A DNA stretch of 64,000 nucleotides from Fimbriosthenelais zetlandica (lineage: Eukaryota), in contig OZ365115.1 in assembly GCA_977030845.1 (NCBI GenBank), positions 31,744,001-31,808,000 of the forward strand. The letters are read 5' to 3'. A model generated the notes under the pieces. The model was not told the origin of the DNA, did not search any database, and worked only from the letters and a program-made list of their open reading frames with translations. Position numbers and translations under genes: made by a program. Positions 11,302 to 24,500 of this stretch are shown in pieces; positions within the stretch are counted from its first letter, which is position 1, and each line of letters begins with the position of its first letter.

Positions 11302-14300
11302 CTGGTAATATTTTTTTTGTGTAGAAAGTTTATGTTTGTTGCAGATTAGGGTCTAGTGTTGGCAAACATATTAATGTTGGACACTTCTATAATTATTTAA
11401 GACCACTGGCATTTTCAAAGCATATTTATACAGTAAAATATCATGTAGACTATATAATAGCTATATTGCTAAATTGTATTTCAAAATTGACTGAATATTA
11501 ATGACGGATCGCTGCTTTATATCCTTCTTTTATGAGATCAACATATGATCAAAATAACTATGGTATGTAATTCTCGGCTCAATATACAAGAGAAATTTGT
11601 TTCGAATGCATTTTTATATCGGTCATAACATGCCCTTTCCTGTATCATGTGATTGGAGCAGAAATCATGATTTAACATGTAATGCTCGCTTTATGAACGC
11701 CACATGTTCTCTCGCCTCAAATCTCGCGATGATTATCCCCCACTCCTCTCAATTCCACCGCCATGAACACATTGTTCTCACTATAAAAAATATTTCAGTT
11801 ATAAATTGATCAAGCTCAACACTTTACCACCGAATTCAATCACCTCAAACATATTGCGTTTTCGCCCAGTACATGGACTTTTTTATCATTCCAGTCCTTT
11901 CTACACATCACTTGTTTCCCATTTTCCATGCTTTCACTTTTTAATACCCTGCCTTTGAAATGGCGTGAGTTGACTTGCTGGAGTAGATTTCCCACAGGGC
12001 AGCAAGCAGCAGTGAATATTTAACCTTTTTAACAATCGTAGTTATTACCAACGGTCCAATACTTGAACCTTTTAACCACGAAATCATACGGCAAAAAAAA
12101 TGAATTTAAACCAGTTTTATAATAATGTGCATCTGTTCCCATCTACTAAGGGAGAAGGGCCCACTGCAATAAGAATTGTTAATCCCTCAAAAGCTTGCTT
12201 CAAGTTCAACCAAAGGTAGAGTCTTATCTGACCGTGGAAATAATCTCTATTTGCAACTTGTCGGTGAAAGGCGACGGTCCCTGGCAATACATCAAAACTA
12301 TTACTGACCAATTACTTCATCCACAAGTCCACAAAAGTAGGGTCATGAACTGCAAAGTCAAACAAGCAAGAGATGGGCAAGTGCCCAGTCTATCCCACTT
12401 GACCCCAGGTGTGTTTTTTCCTTGCTTTTTAGTCCTTCCCCAGGGTTTTGTTAGGCATTTTCGGAGATTATGCTTGAGGCCCTTTCACAATAGAGTTTAG
12501 TTAGTCTTTCTTCGTGGAATGTGGAATATGGAGTATATCACATTAGCAATAGCTAGTGTCAATTATAATCATTAGGAATCTTGTAAATCAGAGAAAGAGT
12601 GCCTGAGGATGAATTATGATACCCAAATAAGGTTTGATCAACTGAACACCTCAATGCATTATTTCCATGCAGTGACATTTTAGTTGAAATTTAAAGTATT
12701 TTTAAAAACCAGTATCACAGCTGTCCGTTGGGTATCGGTTTACAATAAATCATAAATAATTACAAATATCTAACCGCAGTTCACATGGCACAGAGAGCAG
12801 AATCCACCCACTCCCCCCGGGTGGCCATGTGCGTGGCATTCCCTTTTCATGCCCTTGTTAACATTTACCAAAAACCCCGCTTAGAACCCGTATGTAACTT
12901 GGCATTCCTGGGACAGAGGGGTGCCGAGGCAGCCCACACATATAGTATGGGTCCACAGTACTCTGTAATTTACATTGTGTGAGAGCGAGAAGGGAAAAAC
13001 CCCTTCCCATATACTCATCTGGGCATGAAGGTTTGACACGTGATCGCAATTGTCCAGAGGTCATAATTGCTGAATCTCCTCCTATCTCCAGCTGGTGGGC
13101 TGTAGTCAAATTCTCAACAATATCAATTATAAAATAAGACATTGTATTAAGGTAAAGAGTGCTAACTCTGAGGTTGAAGATGGGCATGCCAATGGTATAT
13201 GTGTATCGTGATCAGCTTTTGAAGTGGTATAGTTGTTAAAACATAAGGGTGAAATGGAGTGAAATGAAGTGAGGAACTTGTGAATGACATATGGTTGTCC
13301 ATGGTGTGACCACATCAGGAATGTTGCAGGAGGCGGTGGCTTTTTGCTGGTAAAAATAATAGGACATTTTTGACAGAGATTTTTTTATCAAAGAGATTAT
13401 GATGATTTGACAGGCCATTTTGATTCAAGTTAAAGACCTCATAACCTTCAAGGTATTAGCACGAAAGCATGTTGAAATGATAAAAAGGTGACAGCATGTT
13501 ATTTTATGCAGACATAATGATATAACAATGTTGGTCTCATAAAAACTGTTCGGGTACCAACTATACAAGGCCTTGTTGTATCATTTTAACGACTTTGTTT
13601 AGCTCAGGAAAGTCTTGAAGTTGATGTACTTTATTTTATTTTGTAAATTATTTCAAATATCATAAGGGTGTAATAGTTAAGAATGAAGGAACCTGAGAAA
13701 GGATAAATTTCCAGGTGTATCAGGTTCAGAATACACGGCAGAAGTGGTTACATTTAACCTGGCATGACTACTAGAACTAACAATACATCAACAGATCAAA
13801 TGTACCTGTCCAGTTTAGCTTTTCCTACGTCAAATTATCCCATGAAATGTCATGTCAAAAATACGTTTTCTACCAGTCTAAAGTTACAGGAGATTTCCTC
13901 CTTTGTTTCCATGCTTTTTCCATGGCCCGAGCCGAGCCCTCTGACCCTGAAGCCCTGCCAAGGGCAATGTTACCCCTCAGGTCCTCAAGCCCTCCATGAG
14001 TGACCTCTTTGTGAATGGTATCCACCCCTCCTGCCCCTGGACCTTTGTCCAACTGACCCTAAAGTTATTTGCAGGGTATTTGGGAGGAGGCCTTTCCTAT
14101 ACCTATGGTCTGAGGCATGTTTGCTTCCCTTTTTCTACTAAGTTTCAATTCCAGCGTCGCCAGGAAGAGGTCACGACAATTTATCATAAATCAGAGGCAA
14201 TTTTGAAAAAGAGAATATTAAATCATGAAAGCTCTGACAATTCCCTGGCAAAGTATTTGGGAAACTTTGTCCTTGTGTAAGTTAATATAACGTATATTAA

Positions 14301-14763
14301 AAGTTCATAACTTGAATAAAAGATGAAAATATTGGGGAAAGATGGGAACAATTGGCATTATAGAAGGGATATATCACACCTTGGGCGAGTAGCAGGTGTT
14401 AGATTAAAGCTTGGTATGAGGTATAATGACAACCAATCTAGCACTTCCACCCTATCATCAGATGAGGGACGCCCCTCTACACACGTTGATTAGATCCTCT
14501 GCTTTGGCCCTATCTACAAACAACACCTTGAGACAGGACACCACCCATCTGCTACTTGGACCCCACCCACTCTCGACAACACACCCCTTGTCAAAGAAAC
14601 AAATTTTCAACTATTTATTCTTTTCAAATACTGTGTAACTTTTTATAGCTTGCTCTCCGAAAGTTGGATAGAACAACTAATATCTGAAACGAAGACCAGA
14701 GGCACCTTCTGGAATTAGAACATTTTTGAGATTTCAAAAAAAAGGTTCCAAGAATTAATCAGT

Positions 14764-15440
14764 GATTTCACAAAGGTTGGGGATCAGGTTTAAGATTCCA
14801 CCAGTTCCAAATAAACATATGGGGAAGTAACATTACAATTAGCTCGGTGGGAGGTGTGTTTGACCACTAGCTCAGTGGGTTACCTGTCAGACCTCGAGGC
14901 AGGGTCCCAGATAAGAGATGCAAGAGTACAATAAGAACATATAGTATGGGTGGGCATAGTTCAAAGGTGGCGCAGTGGGTGAATCTGATTCTATAGGCTA
15001 CTACTGCTTAGAAATATTGCACCTGGCTCTACGCCAGAGAGAAAAATTAAAATCTAAAATTAAGAACGTGTCTGAAAACAGTAAGAAAGGGGGAAAATAG
15101 CCCTTACAAATGCATTCTTTAATGGGTGTCTAAAACCAATTGGAAATGCCAAGAAGGCAAGGTGAATATAGCAATAAGATATTTCCAGTTATAATGTTAG
15201 AACACAATGTTTGTATAGCGAAGGTACAGTAGGACACAAGGCTCCTGGGTCCGCCCAATTTGCCCTTTATGACATAAGCATAGACCATGTCAATGATCAA
15301 GAAAACTGAGTCAAGTTCTATACTTGGGATTCCTCTCTCAGATTCTGAACACACAAAAATGGGAGCTGCACACATTAGAGGAAATTTAAGCTCGAAGCAA
15401 TAAACAAATACTAAGGGACATGTATTTTGTACATTGGGTT
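14764..15440 (+). mobile_element. Highly decayed non-LTR (CR1/L2-like) reverse transcriptase remnant
   Basis: Across frameshifts and in the expected order: DFTKVGDQV (cf. DFSKAFD.V, 14764), RRQ (15152), QGS..LGP and FALYDI (about 15237-15275), VKFYTWDSSL (cf. KLYADD), TCILYIG (cf. KC.VLHIG). Motifs are degenerate. Confidence 0.4.
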
Positions 15441-17828
15441 TGCTGGTTTGAATTAGAAATTTCGAAGGAGAGCACAAATGTCCCCAGGAATTAAATGTGA
15501 TTCAATATGAAGATGGCAATGGCGGCAATTATATGAAGTGTCTCTAAACCTAATGATAGGCTCATGAGCTTTGGTTTAGAGTACGTACTGACAAAACCGT
15601 TTGCTCATGGAATATTACCCATTACCTAACTCATTTTTTACAGTCATTGTGACCTTCCAAAGACACCTCGAGTCTTCCCCGACTCTTTCTCCTCCTCCTT
15701 GCTCGGTATAGAGGCATGCCCATGTCAATACCTCCTCTCAGGTTCTGTTTGCCAGGCTCACCTTTCTCAGCCACTCAGGGCATTGCTGGCATTCTTCCTG
15801 CTACACCTTTCCTCACAGAGCCACTGACTTCAACTCCTCAACTAAAGGATATAGGATGGACTTGGTTGTTGGTTATCATGCTCCCTCCACACAAATACTA
15901 AAGGAATATGTATCAAACATACATTGACAGTGTATCCTGACAACTTACTATGAATTTGACAACTAGATATATATATTCTATGGAAATATTATGTATACAT
16001 AGGAACATGTAGGTTTATACGGTCCCATGAGCTGGATTTTGCCAGCAAATTCTAATCGGACAGTTTAGACTGCAAAAAGACAATCACTTGATAATGGAGT
16101 ATTCTTTACAAAATAATTTATTTCTTTGTCTGTTACTATATACAAAATTCATAGAAAAATACAATCATTTACTGTAGGTACAGTATTTGAGTCAGATATG
16201 GTGGCATTGCTTTTTGTTCAAAGATTATTTTACGTCAAAAGGCACAATTTAATGCCTACCAAATTATTGTGCGTTCTTGCAACCTTCAGTAGGCTGAAAA
16301 CAAATTGCAGTAATTCTAAAATCATGAAATAATTTCTAATTTATGCGACAAATAATTTGTATAGTATCTAAAGGAAGATAAACTTCTATATCTTTCAGTG
16401 ACAGACAAACATGTCTTATAAGACACGTTGGTCATCTGAAGCACCAATTTAGTTTCCAGCCATGAACAAAATGTACCGTATAATGCCTTTATCGTGATTT
16501 TACTCTAATAAGGCCTCGAGCAAGCAAATCATATTCTATTAGCAATGTGTTATCACTCATTTTGTTTGGCATGACTATAATATTAAAATAATTAGTGTTG
16601 TTCATATAGGTTCAAAGCATAAAGCTATAGGCCTATACAAAACAGAGTGTTGACATTAATTGTGTTATACCCATAAGGGGTCCAACAGACACTGTCCACC
16701 TACATATTATCTTTTAGGCTCCCTACCCGAGAGATGCCAGTGGAATGGAAAATGAGCATTCTCATGTTCATGCAACAATACACATTGTGTTCACTGACCA
16801 AGGTGTAAACCTAGGAAATTCCTCATGTATATTTGTGTCCCATGCCTGAAAGAGCAATAACTGGCCAATGGAATGTTGGGACAAATCAACACTTCCAACT
16901 GGTTGGTTAATTGTTCACGTGGAATTAATAATCTTGGAAGATTAGAATTATAGCATAAATCCTGTAGCATTTGTAAAATTTCGAGCATTCAAGTTGGCTA
17001 TTTACATGAAATGTATTCTGAATGAGAAACACGAAGTGTAATTCACATGTCTGTGGGAAATTTGCCTTTGGTTGATTTCCACCCTTTTACAGTGACTATT
17101 ATGCATCTCACAATTTATGCATCTGTACTTTATAATAACTTCTCATACATAGATCCCTATACACAAAAATTGTGCAAGGCATAAACGTGATTTTTACAAA
17201 TGAATAATTTACAAAAATAGTCAATACTAAAGTATGTTTCTCTTCCACTGGAAGCAGAAAGAAGATTGTGAACACAATTTCAAATTGCATTTCCACTAAG
17301 TGCTTATGGTCCTATTTACATTATAGCATATGTATACTGGGGTACAGCCTGCCTGCTAGATCTATTTCAATAATTACCATTTCTTTGATTATAAATTAAT
17401 GTATAATTGTTTTATAATTACATTTTCATTTCATTTACAATAATAAACATGAATCAATGACTAAACAAGCTTATTTTAAACAATGTAAGGTACACCTTAA
17501 CTTATAGGCCACATTGAAGCCTTATGAATTAAGTTCATGATTAATTTCAGAAACTATGAGAGAGGAGTGTGACCATTCTATGACACACGGGGTGTTGTGG
17601 GACTATGTTGCAGCATAATCTACAACAATTCATAAGTGTTAATGATTTAGAATTAAATGTGAAAATTCCACATTTCTACTTACTTTCTGAAAGTCTTTTT
17701 AGATCCGGGACACCTTAGATTTGAGTTATTATGCCGAAATAAGTTGGATAAGTAACATATTTTCACATTTAAACACCACAAAAGCCTCTGTCTTAAGCAC
17801 TCATACTTCACCATTCATTTTGTCACCC

Positions 17829-17834
17829 TTTATT
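17829..17834 (-). terminator. Candidate polyadenylation signal of the DUF19-like gene
   Basis: First minus-strand AATAAA downstream of the stop codon (about 390 nt). Confidence 0.35.
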
Positions 17835-18219
17835 ACACGTCTACATACTTTATATCACAGTTCGGAATGGTGAACACAATATGGTACATTGTTACATCAT
17901 TATATACATTTGACTCTGTACAATTTCGATATCTCACATTATAAATGCTCAAATAACATATAACCTAGATTGTTCACATTACTTATGTTGAGAATGATAT
18001 GCAATCGTTTAAAGCAGTATCAGATATACTTCAATTTCCCCATTCTTCTTCAAAATATAAATTATTATGGAATTACCACATCATCGACAAAGATATGAAA
18101 ATAATGCTTTAGCTTCAAAAAATGAAGTCTTAAATTCCCACTTGATCCACATATTGGTGCAGCACCATTGAATAAATAATAAGCAAACCTAACATCTAAT
18201 ATCCATCCTCAGATCCCTA

Positions 18220-18562
18220 TCATCTCGTCATCGCGAGAACCAAGATGGCGGCCGCTACAGAAAGCAGCCATGAAAGTTTTTGGTGCAGTGAACTGCTTTG
18301 ACTGATGGGCCTCGTTCCCACTGAGGCATCAGCTTGTCTAATAGAGTTTCCCTCCACAGGAGGTAGTGTATAAGGCCTAATCATTCGCCTTTCGGTCGGA
18401 TAACTGGCTCTGTGAAGTTTACAGTCGGGTTTATATTTGAATTTCAAGTAAAAGGGGTCTTGGAAGGCTCTTCTCATGAGACCGGTGATGACGTCACCAC
18501 CCTGTGTGCCACAACCGTCTATGAAAGTCGTCTCGTAGCATTTCCGGAGGTTGTCAAGCATA
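18220..18562 (-). CDS. DUF19-like gene last coding exon (domain end, spacer, GPI-type signal)
   Basis: CTCTTTCAG acceptor; MLDNLRKCYETTFIDGCGTQGGDVITGLMRRAF...SWLLSVAAAILVLAMTR*; equals ORF-track 18220-18561. Confidence 0.9.
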
Positions 18563-21500
18563 CTGAAAGAGAAAGAAAATGCAATTTATGAGTCAAGTCA
18601 ATTGGAGCTGGTCAATTGAGTATTCGAACTACAGAGAATCATATAATTGGACGAACAGATTCAGAGATCTACTATATTCTCTAAAGGACGTTAGTTATAC
18701 TTACATTCGTAGTCTCTTGGTATCATTAGAGTTTGTTTGACAGTAAAACTCCTGGGCTGTAATGCTGTTAAGTTTAGGTTGTAGCTCCTCCCATGTCTTA
18801 TCACATCTAGACAGGGAGTCATTGGCCAGTACTTGTCTATAACACGTCATGTATCTCAGGTAATCTGAAGAGAAACAACACAAAGTATGAGCTGTCTGTT
18901 TATAAATGAACATATTAAACTCAATGTAGGAAAACGTCCCCAGGGTCCTGTATAACTGGTAAATTGGGCCTGTAACACCTGGCTCCCAGCACCTGAGATA
19001 AGGCAGGATGGTGGACAACTTAGATAGCATCAGAGAAATACTCATGGACGAGACAGAGCATGATAGAGGTACCACAAGGTCGGCTGTAGGTCAAGCTTTC
19101 ACGGACTTGTCTCAGTTACCGGCCACTGTAAGAATGTCCAGGGGGGCAAGACCATCCTCCCAAGGCAAGGATATAGTTCCTGGTGCCTTCCCCTAAAAGT
19201 TTTTAGGGGAAGGCACCAGGTATGGGAAGATGGGACAGTACTAGTCAGAGACTATACTAATATTTGATAATATCCATGAAAAGCAGCCTACAACAATCAA
19301 TCGGTTTTGTTTCAGGCAGAAACTGAAAAAAAATCCGAACAATAAAAAATATCTTTCAGGAATTCCCTCAGGGGTTCTAACTTATGGTCATGATGCCCTT
19401 CCAGCCAGAATTAAGGAATGCCCTCAGAGGTGATGCCTCCAGCAAGATCATCTATTGGTGACTTCATCTGCCAGTGCTAAAATGCCTGTCTTGTCACACA
19501 TGAGGCTAATCACTGTTAGACTGATGTCGACGTCAACAAGCCTCGACCATTTCACCCCCAGGCTATGGATAAAACACTCCGCGATAAGAGTGAACTACTT
19601 CCGGCAGCCTTTACAAAAAAAGTCCCCCCTCAGGAAAGCTCAGGTGAGCGAACTGAACTGATTTATTTGACGGTAAATGTCTGAAGGTAAAACTAATGAA
19701 AAGGGTATCTAAAAAAGAATAAAATACTGCCAAGAATCAAGATGCCTTCTCACTGGAATAAATATTTTTGGTACCAAGTGAGTTCAAATTATTTGGACTA
19801 TATTTAGTAAACCCTAATGAAATGTCACCGTATTGTATCGACTCTGGCCATCTTATCCTTGCCTATATCTCACCCGAGAACCCCACTGACCAATTAACTA
19901 CTCTTGATACCTACTCAAACCCTTCCTTATCACCTTAACCTTCTGATCAAGTCCTATTACTAGCAGCCTTCATCACAAGCCTCTCCCTGTCTCAGACCAC
20001 GCCTCTCTGCTGTGACTGACAAGTCAGTCAATTTCGGGTTCTGATTGAGACCTGACTTCCTGCTGAGCTACCATGACAGATGACAAACATTTTTAACATC
20101 CGGGACACCTTCCAACAAGATCAAAGCGGACATGCCACTTCCAAACTGTTCACTACAATTTATATGTTATAGGCTCAAACATAAGTCATATATCTAAACT
20201 AGCTTAATTCCAAATGACAAGGAGGAGAAGGGAGTTTGTACAGTAGTTAGTCAAGTACCAGGACCAGCACCTTATGGTGCCTGCCATCCCAGTTCATCTT
20301 GGTTCTAAAGTCAAAAATGAACAGCTTGTACACATGCAGTTCATGTGGGGTGTTGTGGTTGTGGTTCAACCCTCAGGCCATATGCCATATTAGGACTTCT
20401 TGACAAGTAAATAATGGGGAATATATGAGTGTATGGGTGTAAATAGACCTCATGATTGTCCAATATACATGCTCCTTTAATTATTTAAACAAAAAATATA
20501 AAAGACATACAAGAAAATCTTAGCTGGAAGTCACAGGTGAAGGAAATAGATTAGAATGGAAGTTAGGGCCTCCGGGATAATTGGTGACAATAACATACTG
20601 TGATCTAACATATTTATTTGGCGTATAGGACAGAGTATTATAAACTGGGTTCTTTACCTTTTTTGACGCCCCTTTCACAAATGTAATCCATCTTAAGGAG
20701 GTATGTACGTAGACCACCGTCGTAATCATATAATATCTTTGCTCCTTTTCGACAACTATCCTTGATTGGCCGGGTGCATCTTTTATACGCTTTGAACGCT
20801 CTGCAATTACAATTAGAATGCAATTAACGACAACTGTTTAACCATCCCGAAGGGTATATAGCTGTTTAAATTATTATTTAAAACAACTGTTCTAGAAAAA
20901 CAATCACAGTTATTTACAGGATATCGTTAAATATCAGACACTAGCGACAAATCATTCACTGATAATATCAACATTCTAGATAGATCAAACAAACTATAAT
21001 TGGAATATATATGACAGCGAAAATTAATGCTTTAAACCACTCCAGATTTACACCAGAGGAGGAAAGTCGTAAACTGTCAACAGCTTTAAAAAGATGTTTT
21101 CGCCAAAAGAGACATGTTTCTATGTAAACCTAGATAATGAGCACTTCTCTGACAGACTAAATTCTGGACATGATCTTAATTGAAGATAAATATAATTGAT
21201 TGTCATTACACGACATGGTAATTTATGGTCATTACTTCCATGACAAGCATGCATTGGCCCTGGAATACCTCGATCGTCTTGCACTATATCATATCATTTC
21301 ATTTTCTTTTTTAAATACAATGCAGCACAAGAAATTCCAGAAATTTACAACAGTAATTATCCAAGTGACCTTATATCTGAATAATTTGGTCATAGATATC
21401 AAGATCTTGAGATACCACAGTGGAAATACTAAGACAAGTGGACCGTATCAAGCCAAAATAGCTGAGATATCTGTACCAGGAAAAAGATGTGATCATTGTG

Positions 21501-24500
21501 GTTTGTGGTGAACCATTGCACAATATTAGTAGTAAAGAGCTTATCCTGAATGAAACAACAGTGACTGTGTAACCTCATGAACAACCTACAAGTGCGAACC
21601 GCTGTCATAGTGAAGAACTAGCAGGTGGTTAATAGAGATTGATTAATTACACGTAGAAATCACTGTAATGGATCCTAGATTGGTCTGTATTCATGCAAGC
21701 ACACAATGGAATGCATCTCTAATTATGAACTGTATAAAATGTCATAAATAATTTGAGATCTATCTACGGATGAATTACAGTATAGACAGTATCATGTTCT
21801 CTGAGCTACAATACGGTATTGCAATGTCACCCTTCCCCCATGTCCGGCACATCAAGTTCCTCTTCGCCCAAGCATGATTTCACCCGCAAACGCTCCCCAT
21901 CTGCCCAGATTATGATGCACTTAAAGACCCGAACATCAAGAGACAAGCCCTTTAATGGTGTAGGTCTATGTCGACAGGCCTAATCCTGTGCCTCACCACT
22001 TCCGGTATGTCCTTATTTCCCCCTTTCTTTTTTCATGAAACCTAACCGTTCGACTTCCCTCGACAAACATATATATCCAAAAGCAAGCAGATCTTGATGA
22101 TACCAGATTTTTTTCTGTGTATAAAGTATATTAATATAATGCATGTCCATAAATCTTTGCGTATGTTTTTTTAGAACCATCACCTGTATGCATATGAACA
22201 TCCATGAACGCAAAGAAAGCATGTCACTGAATAAATAAATTTGAAATACATACTTGCAAGCTCGTTTTATATCTTTTCTCTTCCCCATAGCAACCAGCTC
22301 ATTGTCGTCATGGAAGTTGACTTCCGGATTGAGGAACGAATTCCGGCATTCCTCCATTCGGACGGGAAACCGGTCATCTGGGCACTGGGAATCATAGCGG
22401 AAACCTGGAGAGATAAAGGTGAATAATGAATTAAAGTTATGGATAAATTCCGCTATTGTTAGTAATGAAATAAGGACTTTAATGAAGTCGTATTAATGTG
22501 GTTCTATATACCTGTATATTCCTGTGGAGGATGATGAGGAATGACACATCGCCGTTTGCGCACACGTTTTCGAGAGGAAAGTTTAAATAGATGGAAGGCG
22601 AGTTCCCCAGCAGTAGCCCCACACGCCGACGTAACGAGCGATTCTTTACATCGGACATTTTCGGTAATGAAACTGAAAAATACAAAATAAAGAAAGATAT
22701 AAGTAAAATATGATTTACCGCTTGTCTGCATCCATTCAATATAAGCCCAACGCAAAGGAAATGTTGGGAATAAGACTGGCCTTAAAAAATAAAAAGAATA
22801 TCAAAAGAAAAATCTATGAATAAACCATCAGGTACTTGATGAATTTCACTATGGTCCCTGCGATGAAAGATGGACTATATTAATGAAATCAGAGGTTGGA
22901 AATCATTTCCGATGTTAAAAGATTAACATAATTGACATTTTACCAGAGTGACAAGCAATGTCCTCAATCAAGGTACGAAGCTGTTTTTTTTTCAATTTCT
23001 GAATGCAAAACTGGAGGTGATTTTATGAGGCATTCGAGCCTGCACATATGAATAATATCCGCTGAGAAAAAGAATTTTGAGTCTCATTCAATATACACAA
23101 TATTAAAAAGAAGAGCCATAACAGATTTTAAAAGGGCACTGGTTGAAAGCCGTGACTGATCTATATAATTATGCCTCATATTTCTTCCCAAAAGGACATC
23201 ATATACTTTAAGGCTGACTCAACACATGTGAAGTATTATGTATTAGACTGATACATGGCCCTAGCCCAACCAGTTTACACTCCATTATAACACTTTATGC
23301 AACAAAAAGAGCCGATGCCAAATAATATGCCATTCAAGAATATGAAAAATTCAAATGGGATACATTCTGGGCTATTAGAGCAGCTGCTCCATACCAGATG
23401 CCTAGAAATGCACTGGACTAGACAGATGCCCATATTCTTATACAGCTTGATATTTTCATGGCATATTTGGTGGTTTTTACCACAGAAATCTGAGTGACAC
23501 AGGGACTTGAGAGTGTGTCCATATGGTATCGACGTTTTTGATAATTGTCGGGCTCCAAATCTGTGAAATGAGTCGTGGAGATTTTACATTTTTTGAAGGG
23601 GCTTGTTCAGAGCCCTGTGTATACATGTCTTTGTGACCGTTGTCGTAGTTGGGTGCATACAACAGGCTTGCAACGCATACGTCATGTATATGCCATGTTC
23701 ATAATAACTCCTACCACAAATAAAATCTTGTTTTAAATAACCATAATAACAAAATATAATAGCCCTTGTCCTAGATTCCCCCTGTGTCCGTTGGAGGATA
23801 CTTTGATGTCTTCAAGCCTTAAAGGATTAGGACATAAGCCTATCATTTATTTAAATTCAATGAAAGATCATAGGATATTTCAAATTGTTCAGCGTTCTCT
23901 ATGAAGATCAACTCATTGTGGCCTGGGGCCTACATTATTTCAGGGTTTCCTTGCATGATAGTCATAGACCATGAACTCTGGCAGTTAGATGTAGGGTCAG
24001 ATGCCAGACGTGCACTCAGTTTTTCACCCCAATCCCTTGGGTGATTACAGTAGAAAATGCCTTCAGATTTACCATTTGGTTCCATGCTTTAGCACCTGGT
24101 CACTGGGGTCTGCCATTGACCCAGCCCCAACGTAAGACAGGCCTACATATATGGAAAATATACAATCATGGATGCTGATGCATTTATAAATCTGTGCATC
24201 TGTTATACCACAGGTAAGAAGTAATAACCTTTATCAGACCAAGCACCAGACGGGATTAGAATTTTAAAAATGTAAATAAATCATCCAGTAATGTAATGGG
24301 AAAGCAATGGTATTCACACAACCGAATCCAATCCACTGGACTAAACATATTGCACATAATATTATTGCTTTTCTTTGACAATCATCCTGGGGCCATGCCT
24401 TTCTTTACTATAGGAATGGTAATGACTATACCAATGATGTTTTTTCTCTGCTAATTTCACTTCAAAGGCTCCCAGCTAAAATCTCTAACATTCCTTCGAT

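Noticed and set aside
11880-13430. Cluster of 60-109-aa ORFs on both strands
   Set aside because: No consistent frame or identifiable domain; left unassigned as probable TE debris
18701-19075. 124-aa ORF; also 22013-22357, 22504-22755, 25896-26150, 20638-20823
   Set aside because: Each is a true exon extended into intron; only the spliced portions are kept
22479-22739. Alternative frame MSDVKNRSLRRRVGLLLG.. as the gene start
   Set aside because: Phase-0 junction into exon 6 hits a stop; the other frame restores the Cys pattern
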